A DNA stretch of 64,000 bases from Eledone cirrhosa (Eukaryota): assembly GCA_964016885.1 (NCBI GenBank), contig OZ024741.1:382230001-382294000 (forward strand), given 5' to 3'. Positions 11,001 through 23,640 of this stretch are shown here, piece after piece. Position numbers and translations under genes: made by a program. The notes under the pieces were generated by a model. The model saw only the letters and a program-made list of their open reading frames with translations. It searched no databases and was not told the origin of the DNA. Every line of letters begins with the position of its first letter. The first letter of the stretch is position 1.

Positions 11001-12582
11001 TCTTGTCCTAGCCCGTCAGCATTCATCTCCTCAGTGGCCGTATCTCTGTTCCAGGTATTATTTATCTCAGTACTCAGATCATTGTCTGCTTCGGGTGGTT
11101 CCTCCGTTCTCAGGACCTCCTCACCTTCATTTCCCACCGGCTCGCTTGTCTGGCATACTACACTCGCCATCTCCAAGCCATTCTCTCTGCTCAGTTCCTC
11201 CAGTTCCAGCTCGCTTATCCACCCATTAGTTCTTATTACCCGAGCCTGCCCGGCCAATTTTTGTTCATCTAATTTAAATAAACCAATCTCGTTCCAGATG
11301 TTATGCCTCCGTCTCCTGTAGCCCCTCTCCTTGGGGTTACTTTTCAGGTAGCATTGCATAACAGTTCTATTCAATTCTTTCGTCCAGTTGGTTCTGGCCC
11401 CTTTCCTTCTTCTCCTTCCTCCAACATCAGCAGTATTTGGTTGACAGTCAGGTTCCTGCTGCTGAGCCAGGGGGCACCTGTTGGGTGACAGTCTGTCACA
11501 TGACGTTCTAGTCTCCATTTCACCGTTATTCGAACTGTTTATGTTCGATATTTAAACACTCTTATCGAGGATTGGCGAATGTATGTTTACATAGCCATCT
11601 GTGGATCCGCCATCCCACTTGGCCCTTGTGTGGCATTATCACCACGCTGTATACGAACACACATAAACAAACAAACACACAGGCAGAAAGGGCCCCAAAA
11701 ATGAATAAGCATAAGTTTCATTGTAATGTAGTGTTCGAATGTCTGACTTAGTTTTAGTTTTTTAAGTTTTACTTTTTCCCCCCTCTTCTCTGTCCGTCCG
11801 CCTGCTTCTCTCTTCATTCTTATTTTCTTTACGTTTTGGGGGTTTCTTTTTTTTGTTTTTGTTTTTCTCTGTTTTTCTCGTTTTTTGCTGTTGTTGCTGT
11901 GCTGCTTTGGTTTTGTTGTTTGTTTTTTCTTTTTTCTTTTGGGTCTATCTATATATTTTGATGCCTTCCTCTTTGTTAGTAGTAGGAATTCTATAATGTG
12001 GAAGTAGCAGCCAGCAGGGAAGTGGGAGACTGGCGGCGTTAGCGATACTGAGACAGTGGTGGTGGTGATGTCGATACCGAGGCAGTGGTGGCGGTGATGT
12101 GACCGTATTACTGTAGTGATGGTGCTGTAGCGGAGTCAAGGGGTGGTGGCGGCGGTGATGGGATAGTGGTGGTAATGATGGCCGTAGTGAGCGGTGGCGG
12201 TGAAGGTGAAAATGTGTCGTTATCTGGCTGTTGTGTTTAGTGTACACAGATGATGGGGTGGGTGGTGTATCAAGTTTCTGGTGTTGGTGAGTTTAGCTGT
12301 CCTATATAGTGTAGCCAGAGGAGAGGAGGGGAGGGTTTCTTCTTCCATTTATAGCCATTTTTTTTTTTTTGGATATACAGTGTACAATACAAAGTTGAAT
12401 ATTTGAATATTTGAGCCTTATAACAATATATTTTGGGTCCGAATTTTTGGGGGCTCAAGCTGGGTGCTTTACGTAGCATTTGTACTAAGAGTTGTTATTT
12501 CACAAATGGTTTAAATATGTTAAAAATTCAAAACTTACGGTAGCGATTTCAGGACCTCCGTCACCTCGTGCGTCTTCTTCCC
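8047..12582 (-). mobile_element. Apparently full-length R4/Dong-type RLE non-LTR retrotransposon; 5' boundary uncertain
   Basis: Single long ORF, short 3'UTR, and (TAA)n in element sense at both ends. The 11.7-12.58 kb part may be a Tx1-derived module (see findings). Confidence 0.85.
8126..11518 (-). CDS. R4/Dong ORF: N-terminal Myb-like domain, RT, CCHC finger, restriction-like endonuclease (1130 aa, open)
   Basis: WTKELNRTVMQCY...QARVI; NYRPITCL; GIFQGDSLSP; HLLFMDDLKL; CRICGEREETVAHIVSEC; RPDLVVVD...IVDVACP...EKINRY. Confidence 0.95.
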   Translation of the reverse strand: METRTSCDRLSPNRCPLAQQQEPDCQPNTADVGGRRRRKGARTNWTKELNRTVMQCYLKSNPKERGYRRRRHNIWNEIGLFKLDEQKLAGQARVIRTNGWISELELEELSRENGLEMASVVCQTSEPVGNEGEEVLRTEEPPEADNDLSTEINNTWNRDTATEEMNADGLGQDSVDILNLVVDELNNDSGRPMNLRFVDRKKLKETTAKVKKVIPYLEARSLHQCNNILRATANTVRKLLGIKARGNNRQERAEPWWKKRLSGQIGEMRNDIGKLESLLNGTLKNIGTKNRLEIKYKTRSKKLNIIIEELKQRIVPKSAKIRRYENRVSQYKQNRMFDNNQKMLFGQLEGKERGNDLIPGAEQTKTFWRGIWEQDVRHNAQAGWIETVQREIGEQAQQQTDLSITVETLKGQAKKLTNWKSPGPDGVQGYWIKHLTSLHPKLTAMFNDCLVSGEVPEWLTKGTTVLIMKDRIKGNDATNYRPITCLPLMWKLLTGIVSEEIYHHLHTNNLLPDEQKGCRKKSRGTKDQLLIDKMVMGNCRRRHTDLAMGWIDYRKAFDMVPHSWITKSLEIFRVADNIRQLLGRSMGSWVTELTSTGVSLGSVKIKRGIFQGDSLSPLLFVLALMPLTIMLRKVRAGYKLGRGELTINHLLFMDDLKLFGKSEKELDVLVDTVRIFSSDICMQFGIGKCGVIVMKRGRLSRSNGIQIPAGEMIKEIDSEEGYKYLGVLEADGIKNKKMKELLRTEYIRRVRSVLKSHLNSRNAISAVNSRAVSIIRYSAGILRWNVAEQKEMDRKTRKLLTIYNMFHKRSDVDRLYLRRSEGGRGLISIEDCVQMEKNNLYKYVTYSKEPMLRTVLKEGTVGQGMSREEITSRRKSSLKGKPLHSTFFEKTEFRDPQTWNWLRRGDLKKATEGMLMAAQEQALKTKWLKHHIYKEEASPLCRICGEREETVAHIVSECKHLAQTHYKGWIHDVMGRVTHWHLCKVNNLPHSEKWYEHRPEAVMENNQVKVLWDFRIQTDKKLEHNRPDLVVVDKEKRSCLIVDVACPFDTRVQEKEREKINRYQDLKWEVKRIWNCHEVKVIPIVIGALGTISKSFQGWLKKIGPFTLFGTLQKACLLGTARTLRYVLNI

Positions 12583-12690
<108 letters not shown>

Positions 12691-12699
12691 CAATTGAAA

Positions 12700-13370
12700 A
12701 AATTAAACGAAATTTCATTTCTCACTCTTAGTACGGCTGTTACTTAAATATAAGTATGTATACGTACATACATATATGTATACAGACGTACAGTAGTATG
12801 TATATATATACATACATGCACACACATATATATATGTACGTATGGATTTACCGAACATTTAATTTAATGCTTGTTTTTGTTTGTAAACAAACATCCTGAA
12901 TTAAGTCGTATAGTGTTTAGCAACCATCATTGCCCTTTTGTTCAACACTGACAAAGGAACGATGTACTAGTTTCAAACTGATTATCTATCGTCAGCACCG
13001 TATACCTTCCTGCCAGATGATTGAACATCTGAAAGTATATACTTTCCTAATGCATATTAACGGCTGAGCTGCCTAATTTGCATATCGAGTTAGTTAATCG
13101 GCCGAGTGCACCGAAAACGATAAATGGAAAAAATGAAACGAAATTTCATTTCTCACTCTTAGTACGGCTGTTATTTAAATATAAGTGTATACGTACATAC
13201 ATATATGTATACAGACGTACAGTAGTATGTATATATATATATATACATGCACACATATATATATATGTACGTATGGATTTAACGAACATTTATTATAATG
13301 CTTGGTTTGTATGTAAACAAACATCCCGAATTAAGCCGTAGAGTGTTTAGCAACCATCGTTGCCCTTTTA
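12700..13370. repeat. Partial tandem duplication (~430-bp period), Penelope pLTR-like
   Basis: AAACGAAATTTCATTTCTCACTCTTAGTACGGCTG... recurs at ~12705 and ~13136; contains a hammerhead and abuts a Penelope remnant. Confidence 0.8.
12960..13000 (-). ncRNA. Minimal type I hammerhead ribozyme
   Basis: Minus strand: CGGUG-CUGACGA-weak stem II-GAA-ACUAGU-A-CAUCG; palindromic stem III, GUA cleavage triplet. Confidence 0.65.
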
Positions 13371-13374
13371 ACCA

Positions 13375-14330
13375 AAATACTCATTATTTTAATGAAGCTT
13401 TATCACTTTCTGGCTATAAAACCAAAATTGGGTTTTTGCCTAAAATCTATTTTGCTTATTATAATAAACAACCTAAAATTAGTTCACATAATATGGCTAT
13501 GAGAAAACAGAAATATTCAAACTAATAAACTAATCATATTTTTAATGGAAACAGTGGATTGAATAATGACATGCAATATTTAACAGTTCCTCCCTGCACT
13601 AATAGCCATTTCCTCTATAATATAACACATCTTAAAGATAAGAAACATATTGTGAATAAAAAGCATTGTATTAACACTAAAACTAACATTTGTAATACTA
13701 AACATAAAACTGAAGGTAATAATCATAATGAGTATAATGCTAATCACATTAAGGATACACTTATAACTAACAAAATAAGAAGGATAGAAGAAGGCTTAAT
13801 GCATATATCAATCCACCTTTCAAGTTAAATGTTTCTAGTCATGTACTTAGTGTATTCTTCTCTCTTATTGAAAGAATTGCCCATTTTATCACAAATGCCA
13901 TAATTTAATTAATAAATATCCCATTAAAATCTCTTACCCTACCAAACGTAACATTGCTAATCACATAACTGTAATTGTAGACCTAATAATGTATGCCCTC
14001 TTAACAGAAAATAATTATTCATTCCTGTACAGTCACCACTTCCACCAACTCCAAAACCTATATCGGTTCTACTTCGAATAGTTTTAAGACGAAGTATATT
14101 TTCCATATTCATACTTTCAAGCACTCTAAGATTAAGCATACAACTTCTTTATCTAGTTCTATATCATTTTTGAAGTATAATACACCTTGCACTCTGACCT
14201 GGAATGCAATTGCCAGAACCTCTTCTTATAAACCTCCAAATAAATGTTATAACCTTTGTCTTCTTGAGTCTCATACTATTATTTATTCTAAACTCAATTT
14301 ATTAATCCCTCTCATATTTACTGTTTAGAC
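13375..14330 (+). mobile_element. Degraded Penelope-like element (Naiad-type linker + GIY-YIG endonuclease)
   Basis: Fragments YFNEALSLSGY, CNCRPNNVCPL, KTYIGSTSNSFK and KCYNLCLLE match the element at 38.6-39.85 kb; many disruptions. Confidence 0.75.
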
Positions 14331-14860
14331 ATAGTAATTAATTTATATCAATGAAGATATATACCATATTTCTTTCAGTAATATTAGTATCATTGTATAA
14401 TTAAACATAAAAATGTTTAATTACTGTATAGTGTCAACCATTCTTCACACACCTCCTTTCTGATCCCTTCTATTGGGATTTCAATTTATTATAATCGCCC
14501 GTTCATATTTAGGCAACTTATTATTACATTGTTTCCAAACAAGCCTCATTCATATTTATTTTTGCTAATATTGTATAGAATAACCATTACCTCACACTTT
14601 ATTTGTTTAGTAGCATCTTTTCATTACTTTTTTAATTTACTAATTTAATTTATTATCCTTTAATATTGCTTAACATTTTTTAAATAACACTTAGAATTTT
14701 AGTATACGTAGTTATATTTTACATCTGTATTTTGTAAACTTATTAATTTTTAATATTCTTTAGTTCTACAATCATTAGTCACGAACAAAATGCTTAAATC
14801 GATACATCGTTACATACTAAAACTTTCTATTTGTCCTTATTAATATATAGTAACTCTCTC

Positions 14861-15080
14861 AGAGCGGTGGATTGGCAGTATCGGTAAAGGGTCGTACGCC
14901 ATGCTTTGTAACATAGAGTTATGGCCCTTTATGATCTGATTTCAAATCCCGCCGTGGTTAACATTGACTTTTATCTTTACGGGGTCGATAAAATAAAGTA
15001 CCAGTCACACACTGGGCTCGATTTAATCGAATTTCCCTTCCCCCAAAACTGCTGGCCTTGTGCCTATATAAAAAACCAAT
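14861..15080 (+). mobile_element. tRNA-derived SINE, family A
   Basis: A-box-like GGATTGGCAGTATCGG, B-box-like TTCAAATCC, core GGGGTCGATAAAATAAAGTACCAGT; about a dozen copies in the window. Confidence 0.8.
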
Positions 15081-15699
15081 ATATAGTACTCTGTAACATA
15101 TAGAAAATCTTACCTCCCTTTTTATATTTATGTTTATTTTATAGTAACCATTTTTTTAAGGATTAATTTTTGGAATTATATGGTAAATGGGATTTTTATG
15201 CTTAAGGATATATGACTTTGTCTCCTCTATTCACATATGTGATTCTTTCTGATGATATGTCTTGATAACACTTCAATCTATATTTGATTTTCTACTTTAC
15301 TGATTCTATGTACACCATATTAACTCTTTTGGACGGTTTTAAAAAAATATATATTTTTATTATTAAATTACATAGGTGAACTTTTTTAAATGTATAATTA
15401 AAAATATTTTTTTAAATGCATAATCAGGAATATTTTTTGCGGATGTATATTTTAAATTTAAATTGTTTAATTTATATTTGAATGGCATGCGTCCTCTTAT
15501 TAACTTTATTAATTTATTTTACTGCTTATGATATATGTGTTTCACTGTAATTGCGTATCCACCCTCTATGTATAGTTTTAGATTTATTGTAAAATTCAGT
15601 GAACCAATGGACAAATATCGCTGCCTAAATTCGACGTTACAATGCCCAGGCCTATGATGTTATCTTCCCTGACAAATTAGGACTTTATCTTTGATCTAA

Positions 15700-16600
15700 C
15701 TGTACCATATGAAGAAAAAAATATATGGACGCATAATGGAAAGAAGTAGAATATGAGGAACTTAAGCCGTCTTCTGAGAAATCGAGAATTGTAGTGTACG
15801 TGGCTTCGAAATGTAAGCCAAAAGGGTTTGATTAATTTAGAGTAGAATTCATGTTCATCTCCCCAGTAACATCTATGCTAAATATCTGTGGAAAATGTAA
15901 GGATTTCGTCAACTACAAGCTAACAGACGAACAGTGTGCATTAAGCTCATGAAACAACAAATGCTTCTTTGTGGTAGCACTACGAGGAATCTTAGTTGGA
16001 TTGGCAGGAATTATGCGATAGTTTCACTGACTTCGACAAGGCATACCAGCGTGTTTCAAGAAATGTGTCGTACTATGTTATGCATGCGTATGGGTTTGGC
16101 AGACAGCTTCTTGTTGCTTTGCAGGAATACACTTCCATTTTTGTCCGGATAGATTGTGCTAATCAAAAACCAACCATTGTGGAGTCGAATTTTTTCATTT
16201 TTTTAATTCATAATATTCATGAACAGGATTGACATCCGGGACCGTGTTTGAGATGGAGTCAAACCCGATTAATGTAGGATCAGTCGACTGATATTTGCAG
16301 ACGATATGGGGTTACTCAACTTATCGGAATGATATGCAATTGATACGATAGATGTCGAGAGATCACAGCTCCGCTACGACAGTATACGCTTCGAATGTCT
16401 AAGACTATTTCTGCCGGACATATTTTACAGGAAAAGCCAATCGACAGTAATGGTGGTTGGGTAACATCCATAATCTCGGTTGTTTTCACTTAGGAGCTCA
16501 GCTGTATCATTTGGAGGTGACTGCCTCTGATAGGAGCGTCTGGAATATATGTCTGAGTAATCTGCTCATACGACACTTTCCGAAGTACGTGAGCAAAGAA
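15700..16600 (+). mobile_element. Highly decayed LINE remnant (RTE-like)
   Basis: FTDFDKAYQRVSRN and LIFADD-like RT fragments; many stops. Confidence 0.45.
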
Positions 16601-16810
16601 GAAAAAGAAGTTACCAAATCATCTGTATACATGTGATGCAGGCATAGGTAACTGAAGATAATTATTATGCTAGAGTGAGAGTTATAAAATAGGTGCATTG
16701 ACTAACATAATCAAAGCTGTTTAATAACGCTGGAAGGAACTACATCTTCGCGAGATACCCAAATCATTTAGATTGCCATAACCTGTTCATGGGGTGAATG
16801 CTACATTTCG

Positions 16811-16867
<57 letters not shown>

Positions 16868-16871
<4 letters not shown>

Positions 16872-17470
16872 TTAGTATATCTACTAACATATGCGTACAG
16901 ATGTACGCTAATGCTAGCAAATACGCATCTGTACGCATATGTTAGTAGATATACTAAATTCTCTATATTTATCTCCAAATTACTTATTTGTCGAGCAAAC
17001 CTGCCAAAACGACTACTAATTTATTGGTGTGATAGTAGGCTTCTGTCATCTTACCATCCCACTCCTACCGACTAGCCTCAGTGTCACGTGATTGATTCTT
17101 TAGAATCTGCCATTTAACCAGTGACAGCGAGATTTTCAGTGCATGGAATCCAGTCCCCGCTAGCTGTTCCATCTACCGAATTATTATTATTTTTATATGA
17201 GTCCCCAGTGTCCGCGCATTGCCTGGAGACTTAGCTGAGAATAGACTCCCTGATGACGCAATGAATTCTCGACAGTTAGATTACGTAACTGTCTTTATCC
17301 CATTGCAGAAACTAATTAGTTGGAGTGAAAATTTTAGCAAGTTAATTTTTTAAAAACTTTTTAAAATTTTCTTATTTTACGTCTTTTATATATATACATA
17401 TATATATATAGAGAATTTAGTATATCTACTAACATATGCGTACAGATGTACACTAATGCTAGCAAATACA
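16868..17470 (+). mobile_element. Small non-coding hammerhead-bearing element beside (TA)n, with inverted terminal segments
   Basis: GAATTTAGTATATCTACTAACATATGCGTACAGATG at 16868 and 17413, inverted at ~16925-16961; homologous to 41125-42187. Confidence 0.7.
17245..17326 (+). ncRNA. Type I hammerhead ribozyme
   Basis: ACUCC-CUGAUGA-c-GCAAUG...CAUUGC-a-GAA-ACUAAUUAGU-U-GGAGU; all three stems pair. Confidence 0.85.
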
Positions 17471-19087
17471 ATTTTCTTTTGCCTTGTCACTACTCTTCAC
17501 ATTACTACGCTTTCTTCCGTGTCTTTTTCTCATTTGGCAGCCTTTGTGCCGATGGTCCATACATATAGTATATTTTGAAACTACTGATAATCGTTTCAAT
17601 AATCGTTATGGAGTCGAAATAGAAAATGATTAGTAAAACGTTTTTATTATTTGCCCTTGACCAATGTTGGTGAATTAACAGAATTATTTCGGGGTCGATA
17701 TTACAATGTACCAGTAATGCACTGCAGTTGATTGAATCGGATTTTACCTCGCCCTGAAATTCTTGGCCTTGTGCCTAAATCAGAAACCATTATTTGCCCT
17801 TGACCATCTCCGTCTCTGTATCATAGTTGTAGGTATTTGAATGGGTAGAGATCCTTGTCTAGAGTTCAATCCTGTTCAGGATCTCCGTATATGAAATCTT
17901 ACTAAAATCACTATTTGCCAGTGGCGTTTCTTCAGTCAAACAAGGAATGTTCAGTGGCTTTACCCAACTATATTTACGTTAGGGGGAGATATTTCAAAAT
18001 GACAACCTGATAAATGATTACAATTTGTCCGTGATACTTGCGCTCAGTTACTTGAGATCAAATTGTGTCTTAGCTTAGAACAGTTTCAGCTTAGCCAAAC
18101 GTGTTGTTGTAGACGTACTGCAGAAACACATTTTAGTAAGAATACTCGACAATGAAATTTCGATAGAATTCATAATTAATATAAGACGTTTTAATAACAT
18201 CTATTATCTTAATCCTGACATATTTGTTTCAATTGCTTCGAACCATTTTCTAGCATTGTCTGTTTTGAAATAAATTGAAACCAGTCAAGATAATTGCAAA
18301 TAATTTGAAAATTCGATGGATTTTAATAATGTGTCATTAATAGAAGTAAAATCATCAAGGAAGTCTGTAAATTCATATTCCTTAAATGAGTTCACCTAAG
18401 ACAAAAAAAGATGCTGTTTATATGAATTAAAATAAAATCATAAAAATTATTACTATCTATTTATCTGTTTTCAAAAGCATTATTTAGGGATTGTGTACTC
18501 TGTAAAATTAGGGTTTTATGATTAATTACATTAATGGCTTTTCTAGTAATATTTAATATTAAATATATCTCCTAATACAAATGTATGTAACGATACAGTT
18601 TCTAGATGTTTTATTTCTTAAAATATATTATAATATCAATATCTCCCTCTTTTTTGCGTAGATATGTTAACTTGTTAGCAACACGAAAAGCGTTTTCAAT
18701 GTATATCCTATTGCACTTTATTTACTCATTCCCATTTACTATTATTTCATCTCAAATGTTTACATTGGAATATTATCCTGAATCCGCAAGGGATCACATG
18801 ACATGATATCCACTTGCATTTTATTTAATTCAAAAGTTTTGGTATCTCGACGATATGGTTCCATATGTATATATATGAAGAAAGATATAGATCTGTGTTA
18901 GATTGAATCGTACATCTGTGAAACAAGCCATAACGTGACAACGATTGAAATGATTTCCGACGGTAAACAAGTACATCTACCTGATATGTATATTATGTTC
19001 TACATTTATGAAATACCCAGTAAGAAGATTACCTTTTTTGATTTAGCTGATTCCATATTTCAGTTTAATCTATACACAATTTGTTTG

Positions 19088-19297
19088 CATTTTAGACACA
19101 AGCCAACAGTTTTAAGGGGGTGAGAAAGTCGATTAAATCGACACCAGTGCATTATTGGTGTTTTATTTTATCGATCCCGTATGGATGAAAGGCAAAGCTA
19201 ACCTCGGCGGCATTCGAACACAGAAAATGAAGTCCTATAACTCTATGCCATGAAGCATGTTGTCCGACGCTTTACCGATACTGTCAATCCACAACCC
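19088..19297 (-). mobile_element. SINE family A
   Basis: Reverse complement of the family A core and head. Confidence 0.75.
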
Positions 19298-22200
19298 TTT
19301 AGTCTACACATAACGATGGCACAATATATCAATTAGAAACACAATTGAAGAGTTTACATCTACTCCTACAAGCTTAGAAATTACGCTGTATTTCAAAACA
19401 ATGATTTCGTGGTTTATCAAATACACCATATTCTACATTATATTTGATATTGCTTATATATATATCTTTCTTACAACACTATCAAATTTTGCATTGGAAT
19501 TAGCATCTAGAACACCAAATGGAAATATATTTGTCGTCAGCAGCATGAGGTATGAATCACATTGAACATATATATAGCATTATTTGATAAAACGGTTTAT
19601 TTTAAATTATATTGATTCCTTATTATTTTCACGGAAACTAGTCATTCGCCGGTATATTTATTAAAGAGAATGATACATCAGAATATTTGAAATTTGGAGA
19701 AGTTTGGTTTCAGCAAATCATTTATGAATATAGGTACATGAACATTCTGCGTGATACATCAAGGCACGCAAAAGACATTTCTATGATATTGAAAATACAA
19801 TAATAACTATTTACGCTAAAAAAAAACTCTTTGTTGAGAAATATAATTCTGTATGTCTTGGTGCAATAATCAAACGTATTTATCCAGTATATATAAATTT
19901 TAATATGTTAGTACCCACCGAGTGGACTCCGAATTTGAATATAATTTAAAGAAAATATGATATATGACTTCATGAAAGTTTGGATAATTTCATTATCCTG
20001 CAGTGAAGTGTATTAAAACAGGGGTTTATTATATATTACATTATTCATCACATTCGCAATATTGAATTATGGATGAAATTTCCGAATTTGAATTATGACA
20101 AGTTTTGTTTTATCGTTATATTATATCTAGGTTAAGTTTGCATAATATACATATAATCTACTAAATTTTATACATATTATCTGGGATATGAAATGTACAT
20201 TGAAGTCAATTACATTGAATGAAGTATCAGTAAGCTTAATCTCTTCCGCATCAGTGTTGTGCATGCATATCCATAAACATGGAGGATGCAAATTATGTAG
20301 TAAATATGAACACTGAATCAACGGTTATATGTGGTCAGTTATTTTAATACGCTTGGGAAGAATTGGACCAGGCCGTTCGCTTATTATCCTTTGTAAGTTA
20401 AAACGTAGAAGGAAAAAAGCAAAAATAATTCTGAAAGATGAATTTTGCCTGGCCATGACAAAGAGAGAGTGAAATAGGCACATACTTTCTATAGAAAAAA
20501 ATCAGAGAAGCAATCATTGATTTCAGTCATCAATAATGTTCCTCATGTGAATTTGAAAACGGAATATAATATACCAAATTACAGAAATGAAATTGGTTTT
20601 ACTTTTCCCATTCAGCAATGGGGATTCTGTTATGATATATTTCTGTCTGAAATAGCAGAAAAATGTTCTTCAACTCATAATCTACAATCTGAGGTGGTAT
20701 AATTCATTGGTTATTGTACTCGTAAATGTTTCTATTGCATAGAGAAAGGTAATTGACAAGTATGCATCACCTTTAATCACGGGTCTGTCCTCTCAATCGA
20801 AGATGACTAAGAGCACAACGAGGAAAATATCTATAGTGAACTGCATTAGAGTGAAACTGATGTTTCGATAACTTGAGATAGATACAACATACTCCAATGT
20901 AGCAATCTGATGCGTTATATGTCTGGATGTGAAAAGCAGTATTTGTGTAGACATATATATGGAAATTTATTTCAATATCGAAATAAAAATTACAAGTACA
21001 GCACCTAACACGATGGCTGTCTGACAAGCGACTGGCACATTCAGTTAACTCGCTAAAACCTGACACACTCAAGAACCTATACGATTCAGTTAACCGTATT
21101 TGTGGCTTGTTAACCTCATTGCTTGTATCTGGGAAAATACATTCGTACTTAACAACTGTCCAAAACTGAAAAAACTAAATGATTTTTGGTATTGAGAATA
21201 TTGGCAAATAAGCGAGAAAATAAGTACCAATGCGTAATGAGAATAAATTATCATGTTCATTGTTGCAATAAAGGTAAACGCATGGTTAAGTATTAGCTAG
21301 GAAAGCGAAACATATTTTTGATTTTCTACACACAAATAGAAGCTTACTATGTTGGTAAGCTGTATTATGATTACAATACATATCTATAGAAATAGTCTCA
21401 GTTTTTTTAACAATTATATCAATAAATTTGGATTGAAATAATTTTCTACTCCATAGCAGAAGGATAATTTCACATAAATGTAGTCGATTTAGAGAAGGTT
21501 AAACATTTCTGGTGTACATCATTTTTAAAACCTAAATCAGGCTTGCGTCATTTATTAGACGATCTCATTCTTATAATGCGAAAAAAATGTATTGAGCAGT
21601 CCTTCCAGGAAAATCGAAAGTATGGTGATATTATAGAATGCACTGAGAAAGTAAAGGTTAAGATTTCGAGAAATGGAAATATTCCTTTGTCGTGTCGGCT
21701 CCATTAGAAGCTTTCACTCCTCATGATACCATGCTTAGTGACACTTATAAACTCATAAATAGTTAGTATATTTCTATTTGTTAACCCTGGAAATATAATC
21801 AGTCTCTAATGGCTAGTGATGATCGGGTAAAGAATATATAATTACGAAGAGTGGCAGATGAGAGCTGGTGTATAGTCAATTTATATATATATATATATAT
21901 ATAATTACATATAGATATATATATAATATTTTTAAGTTTGTTTACACATAAAAGTGTGTATATGTGCATTTACCTGTTTTGTTCAGCTATGATTTAACAT
22001 ATCAATGACCAAAGGAGTTCGAATCATTTTCATATATGTAATGTATCTAGAGCTACATCGTTCAGTATTTTCTTCCATTTTCAATAAGGTAGTCGATCAT
22101 GTTTTGAGCGATATTTGGTTGGAATTTGTACCAATTCAAACAAAGGGCTGCTTCTTCGAGAGACAGGAAACTATCCACAATTATAAGGTTTGTGTTTCTA

Positions 22201-23089
22201 TTCCGTTGCGAGATACATTTGTCGAATATCCATTTTTCCCCCATGAATTAGAATTTCTATGTTGGGTAAAGATTACTTTCAGAATACATGCATATATGTA
22301 GTACTCAGCTACTTACAACAGAGCTTATAATGATTCTTGTTCGAAACACTGGATTCCTCAATCGTCAAAACCGATGGTAAGTGTCTTGATGCCTCTGTTC
22401 GTATGCCAGGACATGTGAATATAAGTATCTTTAATTATATGCGGGTGTGCAAATGTCTGTATGTAAGGTTTATTGACGTCCTTCATAAATTCTGGCTCTT
22501 ATTATATTATATAACATCTCACGATCTTACATTTCGCAAGTTTTGTGGAGACATATGTCAAATATATAAAGGAATTTCAATTGAATATGCCATTAAGTTG
22601 CGATATAATATGTAATAAATATAATTCAATCTAACTCAAGCCCACTTATACATTCTAGTAGGTCACAAATTGTCTGAGTTTAATAGCAACAGAACATTAC
22701 TGAGAGCTAAACTTATTAAATGCATTAGAATTGTATGACTGTATCTTTTATATCTTATAAAATATTGGCAATTTGACGGTTTACTTACAACATATAGAGT
22801 ACATTACTAACAATTATGTGAATAATTGAGTTTAACTACACAATTAAAATATGATAATGCCCCATGAGAAATGTAAGAAATGTAATAGTAGAACTATAAC
22901 AAACAATATCCATTTAGCCCTGATTCGTTTATAAAATGTTATATATATAGGAAAGAAAGGAGTCACACGCCAAGCATTATAGAAATATTTTGCGAAATGT
23001 GCTGACGATAATTTTAAACATTCAAATTTTTTATGTCTCACAACGAAGTATTACAGATGCCCAAACCAGTTATTATTGTTTTACAAATA

Positions 23090-23640
23090 TGAGGGTGGTC
23101 ACTTGGCAGTGTCAGTAGAGCATCGGACAACATGCTTTGCAGCATAGAGTTACAGCCCTCTGTCAACATTGCTGGCTTTGTGCCTATATAAGAAACCATT
23201 ATTTTACAAATATGAGAATTACCGATTGGCAGTATCAGTAAAACGTCGGACACCATGTTTCACAGCTTAGAGTTACTGGTTTCTCGTTCTGATGTCAAAC
23301 CTCTCCGAAGTTAGCTTTGTGATCAACAAAATAAAGTACAAGTAACGCACTTTTATAATCTACTTTCCCCTTCGCTTCAAATTGATGGTTTTATGCCATA
23401 AATAGAATTTTATGCAATAAGTAGTAATGATTAAGGGCGGTGGAATGGTACTATCGTAAAGGTTTGCGGCACATAATAATGTCTGTTTACATTCTGAGTT
23501 CAAGTCCGGCTGAAGATAATTTTGCCTTTCATTCTTATGGAGTAGATAGAATAAAGCACCAGTAACGAACCGAGTTCCATTTAATTGACTTTCCCCTTCC
23601 CCAAAAAATATTTGGACTTGTGACTGAATCATAAACAATT
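23090..23640 (+). mobile_element. Cluster of three degraded SINE family A copies
   Basis: Repeated heads TTGGCAGTNTCAGTAGAG and tails AGAAACCATTATT. Confidence 0.65.

Noticed and set aside
11590-11700. HDV-like ribozyme upstream of the Dong ORF (minus-strand GGCCCUU...AAGGGCC helix plus two hairpins)
   Set aside because: I could not find the P3/L3, P1.1 or J4/2 catalytic elements; at most a structured UTR.
14861-14955. tRNA genes suggested by A/B boxes (also at 24327, 40868, 55717 and 56706)
   Set aside because: No full cloverleaf; they continue into SINE bodies.
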